Positions 24,564-35,800 of a stretch of DNA of 64,000 nt are shown here, in pieces. This DNA comes from Macrostomum lignano (Eukaryota): NCBI GenBank assembly GCA_002269645.1, contig NIVC01000596.1, positions 1-64,000 of the forward strand, in the 5' to 3' direction. Made by a program: the position numbers and the translations under genes. Positions within the stretch are counted from its first letter, which is position 1. Every line of letters starts with the position of its first letter. Under the pieces are notes generated by a model. That model made no database searches and was not told the origin of the DNA. It saw only the letters and a program-made list of their open reading frames with translations.

Positions 24564-25689
24564 GGTGATTCTGGTCAGGAGCGGTCAGTCAGCTGGTGGG
24601 AAGCTGGGCAGCTTAAGCTATGAGGCAGCCGAGGGTTTTTAGAGTCGGCGGTGGGAGTGGGGTTGCTGCGGCGCAGAACTGGTTTTTTTAGCCTGGAGCA
24701 GAGCATTGATGGATGATGGAAAATGCCTTGGCCAAGGCCGCTCTCCCTTCTTTTAGTACTTCACGCCAAAGCAGGGGGAGGGACGAGAAACGAAGGAGAA
24801 GGGAGAGAGAAAAGGTGGCTATGAGAGCAGGACGCAAAATGTAGCTGCCCCAACCTCCGCTGCCCCTGGGTTGGCTGAACTGCCCCGTGCACTGTTTGGG
24901 TTATGACTGGTCTGGGAATTTTCCAGAGCTCCTAGACATTAGTCTAGCTCTGGCCTCCGCGCACTGAAATTTTCCACTCTGAGCCCACACTTCAGTTTGC
25001 CTGTACACAACCTGCACACCCCCACATGGCGGGGTTTTCCACTATGCGTGACGAGATTTTCCACCAAGGCCGTGCGCGTAGCTTTATTGTAAACTGGACT
25101 AAGGCTGAATCTGTATTACAAGCAAAATAATATAGCCCTGTTTACGCCGATGCTCGTACAAAAATACGAACTCGGTGCACAGAGAGAAACAGAAATGTGA
25201 CCCAGTTGAGTTCAAGTCAGCAGTTGTAATTGTCTCTTTTTTCGGTTGAACTGAACTGGCTAAACTCGACATTTTTTGGCTCGAAGATTTTCCACGCCGC
25301 TCAAGGTTATATGCTAATGTACATTGGCGAATTGCTGTCAGTGTACATCTATTGAGGGGGTGTGAAGGGTGCACGTAATGGAAATTCTTAATTGTAGCTA
25401 GCCTACCTTTCCAACCGATGCACTTTTATAGTTCTAGAATTGGACCTGCACTAACAAGCTGCATTCATTCTACATAATTCATTGATTTACTGGGAGCTGC
25501 AGCCTCTAGTCATAGCTATTGTAATGGCGTCAATGAAACAATGCATCCAAGGGAGTGGAGTGTGCCTGTGCCATCTGTAGTTTTCTGTCACGCGAACGCG
25601 TTTAAATCCCTGATGTGACCGGGAGCGGATTTAAAGGGGGGGGGCGGTCTTCGGACTAAAAATAGGTCCTTACCGCCCTCAGTTTGCTC

Positions 25690-26430
25690 AGTATGGCGCC
25701 CCTCTCGTCTATAGTCTGGCGCCCCTCTCGTCTATAGTCTGGCGCCCCTCTCATCTATAGTCTGGCGCCCCTCTCGTCTATAGTCTGGCACCCCTCTCGT
25801 CTATAGTCTGGCGCCCCTCTCGTCTATATTACGGCGCCCCTCTCATCTATATTATGGCGCCCCTCTCGTCTATAGTCTGGCGCCCCTCTCGTCTATAGTC
25901 TGGCGCCCCTCTCGTCTATATTACGGCGCCCCTCTCATCTATAGTATGGCGCCCCTCTCGTCTATATTATGGCGCCCCTCTCGTCTACATTATGGCGCCC
26001 CTCTCGTCTATATTATGGCGCCCCTCTCGTCTATAGTATGGCGCCCCTCTCGTCTATAGTATGGCGCCCCTCTCGTCTACATTATGGCGCCCCTCTCGTC
26101 TATAGTATGGCGCCCCTCTCGTCTATAGTATGGCGCCCCTCTCGTCTACATTATGGCGCCCCTCTCGTCTACATTATGGCGCCCCTCTCGTCTATAGTAT
26201 GGCGCCCCTCTCGTCTACATTATGGCGCCCCTCTCGTCTACATTATGGCGCCCCTCTCGTCTATAGTATGGCGCCCCTCTCGTCTACATTATGGCGCCCC
26301 TCTCGTCTACATTATGGCGCCCCTCTCGTCTATAGTATGGCGCCCCTCTCGTCTACATTATGGCGCCCCTCTCGTCTATAGTATGGCGCCCCTCTCGTCT
26401 ACATTATGGCGCCCCTCTCGTCTATAGTAT
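25690..26430. repeat. 23-bp minisatellite (TATGGCGCCCCTCTCGTCTATAG)n
   Basis: About 32 units. Confidence 0.95.
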
Positions 26431-27164
26431 GGTTAAACTCCGCCCACCTCATTTTATATTTCCAAATTCGCCTCTGGATGTGACCATGGGTACAAGTACA
26501 GCACATGATTGCAATCGCGAATTCGTTGGAAAAAATGTGCATCATAGCCATGAATTTCTGTTGTGTTGTGAGGAGGACGCGTCATTTTTGTGGGCGCCAT
26601 TGCCATCTCTGGGGCGCCGAGACTGCCGTGCAGGAGGCGCAAAATCCGGATGAGTGAAAAGGATAGATCATTTTCAGTAATTCTATCTAATTCTCTCAGG
26701 ATTTTCCCGGGATTATTATGTTCCCTCTTCACGGGTTTTAACGGACACCACCGCTGAGTCTGTGCTCAAAGCGATTTCAACTGTTGTGCAGCTCAAACTG
26801 CACCACTGAGTCCAGTGGTTCACAAACTTTTCTATCTCAAGGACCAGATAGAAAACCTTGCGCATGACTGCCGGACAGAGGAGGGGAGAGACGAGAGGGG
26901 ATAGAGAGGAGAGAAGAGAGACAGAAGAAACAGATTCAAACAGATTTACGAGTACTCAAAACCAAAATTGAAGTTGATCGATGATAAAAACAGCAGGAAG
27001 ATTTCTGACGAAATTTGTTCATTTAAGACACGACTTTTGAAAGAAAAATTCTGTATCTGCGTCTATAGCCGTGTCCTTGAATTCTAAAATTGTCTACAGA
27101 AACCTACATGCAGACCTGTGTACTCTGACGAGCTCTCTCGTACCTGTTGTGTATTACAGTGCAC

Positions 27165-27460
27165 TCAACATCGGCGACGAGCGAGAGTCACCAAACGCCC
27201 CTCAACATCGGCGACGAGCGAGAGTCACCAAACGCCCCTCAACATCGGCGACGAGCGAGAGTCACCAAACGCCCCTCAACATCGGCAACGAGCGAGAGTC
27301 GCCAAACGCCCCTCAACATCGGCAACGAGCGAGAGTCGCCAAACGCTTCTCAACATCGGCAACGAGCGAGAGTCGCCAAACGCTTCTCAACATCGGCAAC
27401 GAGCGAGAGTCGCCAAACGCTTCTCAACATCGGCAACGAGCGAGAGTCGCCAAACGCGGC
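27165..27460. repeat. 37-bp minisatellite (CAACATCGGCGACGAGCGAGAGTCACCAAACGCCCCT)n
   Basis: About 8 units with a gradual variant gradient. Confidence 0.92.
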
Positions 27461-28419
27461 ACTCCATGATCGACATGTACATGTTCTGACAAGTATGGCA
27501 CCGTGAAGGCTGGTTTATATAAGCGGCATGCGAACGCAGCAGGGGCACCCTACCTGCGAATGCAGATACAGTCAGTACGCACTGGCCCGCCCAGAAATAT
27601 GCTGTTTTCTGTGCCATAAAATTTGTCTCCTGTTTTGTTTTGTATGAATAAAATGCCTTCAATTTAATGATACTTCCACTGCCCACACATAAATATTTAG
27701 TCACACTCGGGTTTAGAAGTTTCATATCTTGACCAACCATTCATACTGCTCGCTGTGAGGTTGAGTGCTTTTGCTTTTGCTTTTCCATAACTCAAAAGCT
27801 TAGATTCTCTATATGCGGCGGAAAAAGCTTTTGTTTTTTCCTTTTCTCTTATCTCTCTTTAGTTGTCTTCGGCCTCGTGACGACTGGTTGTAAACAGAAC
27901 ATTGTCTGTGCGCTGAGTAGTGGACTGGATTCAGAGCCTGCTTCGGGGTCTCAGCTCAACTGCGTCCAGCTTCATCTCACAAACATAGAATACAAAACGG
28001 TGCTTTGCAAGTGTATAATATGTGTTAGCTGGACAAATAGCAACCCACGAAGACCAATGGGGCATTTAAGTTGCAATTTCAGAGTAAAAGCATATAAGCT
28101 TTTAGAGTATTTTCCATGCCTCAAGCTCGTGTGGTTGTTTTATAGCCCCGCGGTGTGTCAGCCTCTAAGCTTAGGCCAACCTTTAGACTTCTTAGAATTC
28201 TCTATAATTTTCTCTAATTCCATAGTTAACAACACGAGAATGGACTAATATAGTATTTTAAGCGAGCAGGCTTTTTATCTGTGCAACAACAATCTGACCC
28301 TCCATGTTGACGTTACGAAGTTCTCTACGCATACTTATGTGGCATGCTTTTAGCTCGTAAATTATGCTTACGGATGCGACAACTGCGACAACATGGACAA
28401 CTGCAGCAGAAGGACGGTA

Positions 28420-28784
28420 CCAGGGCGTCGCCTTGAAATTTATGGTGGGGGGGGGTAAAGCCAATTAAAGTATTCTACATGTACATGACTAAATTCCTAC
28501 ATGTACATTATTTTCAGAATCGGTGTTGTCAGCGCTAGTTTTGGCGCCGCAGGCACTCATTTTAGTGCCGCAGGCATTCATTTTAGCGCCACAGGCACTC
28601 ATTTTAGCGCCACAGGCACTCATTTTAGCGCTGCAGGCACTCATGTTAGCGCCGCAGGCGCTATGTTTTGGCGCCCTGAAGCAAAATTATTGATTTCCAT
28701 AACAGGTCACAAGGTGGGCTGGGGGGACAAAGTATTGGCTTTTACCTGGTGGGGATATGCCCCCCCCGGTGGCGACGCCCCAGG
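28420..28784. mobile_element. Probable MITE with short TIRs, TA flanks and an internal 21-bp repeat
   Basis: TA|CCAGGGCGTCGCC ... GGCGACGCCCCAGG|TA (imperfect inverted termini); internal (GCAGGCACTCATTTTAGCGCC)n at ~28530-28660. Confidence 0.55.
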
Positions 28785-28790
28785 TACACT

Positions 28791-29049
28791 CGAGTTTCTA
28801 AGAAATCAGCTGGAGACCGGTAAGGAACGTACATGTACGAGTATTACATGTATTTGTCGTACTGTATCGCTAGTCGCTATAGCCTATAGTGAATTTTATT
28901 ATGCGATAGAGAACGCAAAGCGCTGAATGGGGTTTGGCCATAGACGAACCCGTCCAGAAACATTCAATTCCTCTAGAGCAGACTAAATGCACTGGCGATA
29001 TCACAACTACGTCCTTACTGGCCTCCAGCTTATTTCTAAAAAAATCAAG
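28791..29049. mobile_element. Foldback/MITE-like element with ~40-bp imperfect inverted arms
   Basis: AGAAATCAGCTGGAGACCGGTAAGGAACGTA (28801-28831) is the near reverse complement of TACGTCCTTACTGGCCTCCAGCTTATTTCT (29008-29037). Confidence 0.55.
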
Positions 29050-30820
29050 TGTCGTCCTTTCGTCCTTCATGTACTTCAGTTGTCCATGACTTAGTACATT
29101 GAATTAATTTTCATTGGAAAACTTCAACTTCAATTTGTTTTCTACCGTGGTCCGTGAACTAACGTTACGCAGTTATCACGTTTACATAACATTCCGTTGT
29201 TCCATATGCAGGTCAAGATTAGAATATATAGGGTCCTTGTATCAAAATACTATGGGCAATGGCATAAAGTCAAAGTAAATTTACTGTTTAAACTACATGT
29301 ATACTTTTGCCGAAAATCTCCGCAGCTTTTTGTGCCACGTTTTCAACTGCAACAAAGTATGTCATCACAGCTGTCACCGCCATTTTGCATGTTCCCCAGA
29401 CACATGTACGCGTGGGAAAGGAAGTCATGTAGGAGCGCTAAAAACGTGCCAGCCAACGTGATCGAGCTAGCTATCCATATCGGGAAATCCATCTGGCATT
29501 GGGGGGGGGGGGTTCGGGGCGTCTGCAGAGAGAGATCGAGATGAAGTGCACTAACAGTCCGTCCGAAAACCGGCCGGATTTCGGTCGAACGTTTGAACGC
29601 TGAGATTCTAGCCAGATTTCCCCGTGTCTGTGTGTGCCAGCTGGCATTTCAGTAGCGACAATTCATTTGAAGTTGTACAGCTAGCGTTTCACAGAGGTCT
29701 ACCCGCGAATATTTGTTGATACATGTAGATGCGGCATTGCGGCTTTATATTATTCATATATAGTCTGTCTTTCTGTGAGAATAAATCAATGTTATTATGA
29801 TATATCGATACCAGTTTCAGTGACAATTTCAACTGTTTATTTACTGATTCCGACTGCTATATTGCAACAACATGAATACATGTTACGAGCTACATGAATA
29901 CAGCATCTATACATGCATGTACAACTTCTGTATGTGCAAATCAGTAATTACGAGCTATTTTTTAGAAGATAAAAGAGCTATTTACACGTAAATATAATTT
30001 CCGATCAGTTGCAGATCGCAAACAAAATTTGACAGCACCCAGCATTCCAACTTGTACAATATAACTATAATAACCAAAAAAATAATTATTTACTCTAAAT
30101 TTACATGTACGAGTAAAAGCGGTTTAGGATGAGTCCAGTGAAATTTAAATTTTACAGTGTTCAAGTATACTCTAATTTAGCATTGATTTACTTATGTAAT
30201 GCATGCTAAAATATTACTACTTTGTTTTAGTGGTAATAAATATTGTCTGTATTTTTTGCATCAGTTTAACTTTTTTCAAATGTATATTTTCGACTGGAAT
30301 TCATAATTGCATGCGTGCGTCAGCAGGTCAAAACTAAAACTGCTGATGTAGCTTTGTGTTTAAATTATTTGAATAATGGATACCACTCGTTTTTTAAAAG
30401 TTAGCTCAGTGACATTCTCATACTTTTAAATCCATAATTTTAATATGTATTCCTAGCTTTGACTCATTTGGCCATTATCTTGTCTTGCATGAAGTTACAA
30501 ATTACAATTACAATAATTAATATCATATCATATCATATTTTTTATAGTTCCTCGTCGGAAAGAATATTCATTTGAGGCTTTAAACTCAGCTAACAAGCTT
30601 AAAGTGGAAAAATTGATCTCCAAAGCAAAAAACTAGGGCCAGCTTAGCCCAGCTATGCAGCTGGAATGCTGGATCACAAATTCATTTATATAGTTGTAGG
30701 CTATAGAGTTTAGACTTACAATAAAAGACAGCGCTATTATAAGGTATCCTGCTAGCATGGTATCCATTAGCTATTATTGTGCTATTAGGAAATTAGTAGA
30801 ACTTAATGCTAAGCAAGAAA

Positions 30821-30998
30821 GTAATAAAGGAAAGTAATAGTTATGCTACTAATATTTTCCTCCTTGCCTACTAAAATAATCTTTTTTAATTTAGGCCCTA
30901 TAATTTATATAAGCTTATTTTATCTAACTTAAAAAAAGATTATTTTAGTAGGCAAGGAGGAAAATATTATTAGCACAACCATTACTTTCCTTTATTAC
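30821..30998. mobile_element. Hairpin/MITE-like element, 70-bp near-perfect inverted repeat
   Basis: Arms 30821-30890 and 30929-30998 are reverse complements with a few mismatches; ~38-bp spacer. Confidence 0.65.
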
Positions 30999-31926
30999 TG
31001 CATTATAAAATTATGCTTATTGTATATAACAAAGTTTTTCTTTAATAAATGATAAATTCCTTATGAATTAATTATATTTATATGTATATTTTAAAGAACT
31101 TGCTTTAATTTTATAGGCTTATATTGTTTAACCCTCAAACAAAATTTTAGTACAATAGTAGGCCTAGGCCTGTCTATCCTATTCCAATAGATTTTTTTCA
31201 TATATTTTTATAGAATTTTCTATTATTGTGGCCTAGCCTTTTGAAGGTTAATTGTTTATATCAAGAAATAATATTTAAATATATTTTCTAATAGGCCTAA
31301 TTCTATGGGATTTGAAAATAATTTTTGTATGGCTAATTTTTATTATTATTATATTAGACTATCATTTGAAGATAAAGATTTATAATACCTAAATAGATTA
31401 GAATTAGAATATTGAAAAAGATTTTCTAATTAGGACTTCAACTTAACTAATGGAAATATTGCAATTAAAATAAAAGTTATTATACCCTAATTAATATACT
31501 ATATTAAATTAATATATTAAATCAATGTTAGGCCTACTCCCTACTCCTACCTAAATCAATAAATCTTATATGAGCCTATACAAGAAAATTCCAGCTTATA
31601 GAGAACTTAAAATATGCTTAACATATAATATTTGATTACCATGATAGTTATACCATGGTAAATTTGTATATAATTGTGCAATATGGAATAGCTATAATGG
31701 TGCCACTATGTTAGAAATTTTTAGTGTATAGGCCTAATGTATGATTCAAAAATGGAATATTACTAATAATATATCTAATAATTTTTTATGGAATCCAACA
31801 TTAGTGATTTTGTAGAGTTATTTAGTTTTGAAAAATGTTCCCATTTTTATTTATTAAATGCTTAGATTTCTTATTTTAAAGAAGCTTTTTTATTAAATTT
31901 TCAAATAGACATTTATAGTTATTATA

Positions 31927-32523
31927 CTTTTTTGCAATTGAATTTGTCCAAACTGCAAAACCTTTCATCCACTAATGCTTTTTTAATGGGAGCTAAATTT
32001 AGATCATACCATAGACAACTGTGTTCACGCAAAACAGTTCATCCAGTTTGTAAAACATTTCGTCTAAACCCTTCGTCCAAACAGCTGGAAGCTTCTCAAT
32101 GTGCTTGGTTTGAACGCAGGTGTCGACAATCATTTTGGCTGTCTTTCTCTTGATCCCAACGATATTGGCCAGTTGTTTCCAATCGCGGCCTTCTTCAACA
32201 GCCAAGGCTAATCGCCTGCGGTCTTCATTTGACACTGGATGGTAGGGGCCTCCATTCATCTTCGACTGTTTTGCCGGGTTCAGAATGGAAGATATGGGTT
32301 GCTGTAGCTGTAGTGGTAGCAAAAGCGAACTGTCAATTGGGTGTTAACTATGGTAGGAACAGTACACTTGGTCTCTAGTCTAGGGGACAAAATGTTTTAC
32401 AAACTGGATGAACCTTTTCGCGTGAACACAGTTGTCTTTGGTATGATCTAAATTTAGCTCCTATTAAGAAAGCATTTGTGGACGAAAGGTTTTGCAGTTT
32501 GGACGAATTCAATTGCAAAAAAG
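31927..32523 (-). mobile_element. Internally deleted Tc1/mariner-type DNA transposon
   Basis: ~138-bp TIRs (31927-32064 and 32386-32523) flanked by TA. Inside is a truncated minus-strand ORF from ATG 32259 with an HTH-like segment (GRDWKQLANIVGIKRKTAKMIV); no DDE domain. Confidence 0.75.
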
Positions 32524-32897
32524 TATATTATTTGATTATATTTAATTAAATCATATTTGATAAAGTTTAAATATAATAAAGTATATTTAACACTTAACTT
32601 TTTATTGTTTCAGTTCATTCAGCTATAAAATAGGTATTAGCATTAGCTAGGGTAATTGAGAGCATGTGGTGACCCCCTATTCCTTGGACTAAACAGCCCT
32701 ATGCAGCCTTTAGATGTGCTATGCAAGAGCTGTGACTGAGCCATTGGTTAAATAATAATATTATTATTCAAGTTCATTTAAAGATAAGGTACAATATGAC
32801 TTTATTAATTGTTCAATAAGAACCAAAGTGTGGATAATATATTTCTTAATCCTATACTTGTAATATCATGACAAGGCATTGAGCATAAGGTGCAGCA

Positions 32898-35800
32898 ATG
32901 CATTTGCACCTGTCTATTGACCTGCTGCTCCTGTTCCTATTGCCATCATTGCTACTGGCAACTGTAGGCCATCAGAACACTTGGGCAGTTGAGCTTATAC
33001 AGCCATCGCATGCCAGGCACGTGGCAGCCAGCCATGGCTGTCAGCTGCTCAGCCAGATGCGCCTGATGAATGCTCACTATGCTCTGCTGCGCTGCGGCTC
33101 TCAGAGTTTCGACAATCCTAAGAAAACTCATCGAATTCGTCGGCATGCCAGCGTACTGTGGGCCGAACAGCAGGTGGCCAAAGTTCGAGTGAAGCGATCC
33201 GCTGTGCCGCCGAGCTTCAATGATCCTCACTATCCGCAGCAGTGGTACCTCAAGTCCGGTGCCACTGGGGGCCACGATCTGAGCGTGGCGGCCGTCTGGA
33301 GTCAGGGACTCACTGGCCGTGGCAGCGTTGTCTCCATACTGGACGATGGCATTGAGCACACGCACCCGGATCTGAAGGATAACTATGATCCGCTGGCCAG
33401 CACCGATATTAATGGGGCCGATTCTGACCCTATGCCCAGGGCCACGTTTAATAATGAGAATAGGTGAGCTAATGTTTTTTATCCCATATCCCATGTTCTG
33501 TTGCTCTTTTGGGCTTTTGGGCTATGTTGTGGCATCTGGGATTACTGATGGGGCTGGGTGTGGCATCTGGGATTACTGATGGGGCTGGGTGTGGCATCTG
33601 GGATTACTGATGGGGCTGGGTGTGGGATATGGGATTACTGATGGGGCTGGGTGTGGGATATGGGATCGCTGATGGGGCGGGGTGTGGGATATGGGATCAC
33701 TGATGGGGCTGGGTGTGGGATATGGGATTACTGATGGGGCTGGGTGTGGGATATGGGATCGCTGATGGGGCGGGGTGTGGGATATGGGATCACTGATGGG
33801 GCTGGGTGTGGGATATGGGATCGCTGATAGGGCTGGGTTTGGGATATGGGATCACTAATAGGGCTGGTTGTGGGAAATCAGATCGCTGATGAAACAGGTG
33901 AGTACAATTAGTCCTCTAATTCTGTTGGTCATATAATTTTACAAATAAGCGCCAAAGCTGTAGCAAAATATTTGTTAAAAAGTCCCGAGTGCTGTTCAAT
34001 AGTTTGACAAAAATATTTCTCTATAATGCTTTCCCCACACAACCAATAACAAAAAAGGAGTTTTTTTCTTAAACATTTTTTCTGATCGACCAGCGACCGA
34101 AATCTGGACCAGGTTTTCATAATTTTTTGCAAACTTTCAATGCTCTCCAAGTCACGTACTGCATTGGGAATTTTCATCTGCTCCTGTCTTGTCTTAAGAA
34201 GAATCTCTGATTTCTTGCGGAAATTAATTTTTTTCCACTGCGCGGGCTGTGCACCCGTAATCTGATCGGATATTGGATATTTAATAATCGATAAGTCAAT
34301 CCTAGCCAAAGTTAATCTTTTTTATGGAATATTTTAGATCAAAATTGCGCTTCTTTCATTCATAAAACCTGCCCGCTTGACTCTAGATTAATTGTCCTTC
34401 CCTAATGCCATGTGTCCCTTTCCCTAATGTCATGTGTCCCTTTCCCTAATGCCATGTGGCCCTTTCCCTAATGTCATGTGTCCCTTTCCCTAATGTCATG
34501 TGGCCCTTTCCCTAATGCCACGTGGCCCTTTCCCTAATGCCATGTGGCCCTTTCCCTAATGTCATGTGGCCCTTTCCCTAATGTCATGTGTCCCTTTCCC
34601 TAATGCCATGTGGCCCTTTCCCTAATGTCATGTGTCCCTTTCCCTAATGCCATGTGTCCCTTTCCCTAATGTCATGTGTCCCTTTCCCTAATGCCATGTG
34701 TCCCTTTCCCTAATGCCATGTGGCCCTTTCCCTAATGCCATGTGTCCCTTTCCCTAATGCCATGTGGCCCTTTCCCTAATGTCATGTGGCCCTTTCCCTA
34801 ATGCCATGTGGCCCTTTCCTAATGCCATGTCATGTGGCCCTTTCCCTAATGTCATGTGTCCCTTTCCCTAATGCCATGTGGCCCTTTCCCTAATGCCATG
34901 TGGCCCTTTCCTAATGCCATGTCATGTGTCCCTTTCCCCAATGCCATGTGGCCCTTTCCCTAATGTCATGTTGCCCTTTCCCTAATGTCATGTGGCCCTT
35001 TTCCTAATGTCATGTGTCCCTTTCCCTAATGCCACGTGGCCCTTTCCCTAATGCCATGTGGCCCTTTCCCTAATGCCATGGGCCCCTTTCCTAATGCCAT
35101 GTCATGTGTCCCTTTCCCTAATGCCATGTGGCCCTTTCTCTAATGCCATGTGGCCATTTCCCTAATGTCATGTGCCACTTTCCCTAATGCCATGTTGCCC
35201 TTTCCTAATACCATGTGCCCCTTTCGCTAATTCCATGTGGCCATTTCCCTAATGTCTTGTGGCCATTTCCCTATGTCATGTGGCCCTTTCCCTAATACCA
35301 TGATCCCATGTGCCCCTTTCCCTAATGCCATGTGGCCCTTTCCCTAATGCCATGTGGCCCTTTCCTAATACCATGTGCCCCTTTCCCTAATACCATGTGC
35401 CCCTTTCCCTAATGCCATGTGGCCATTTGCCTAATGTCATGTGGCCCTTTTCCTAATGCCATGTGTCCCTTTCCTAATACCATGTGTCCCTTTCCTAATG
35501 CCGTCTACCTTTTCTGTAAGCTATGTCATTAACTAACTGTATATGATAACAGTCTAACACTAGCAATCAGCGCCCCCCGTTGGGGAGCTACATGTTGTAG
35601 CTTGTTTTTGCAATAACCTCATCAATTCCCCTTGTAAGCCTTGGCATCCCAGTTATTCCCCCTCCCGTTAGCCGTGACATCTCAGCTATTCCCTCTACAA
35701 GCCTTAAAATCTCAACAAATCTTTCGTCAACCTTGAAATCTCAGCAATTCCCACCTGACCCTTACCACAACGTTAACTGCTCGCAGGCACGGCACCAGAT

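Noticed and set aside
26800-26860. CAGTGGTTCACAAACT as an hAT/Charlie-like terminus with adjacent small hairpins
   Set aside because: I found no matching right-hand TIR or 8-bp TSD, so it cannot be called an element.
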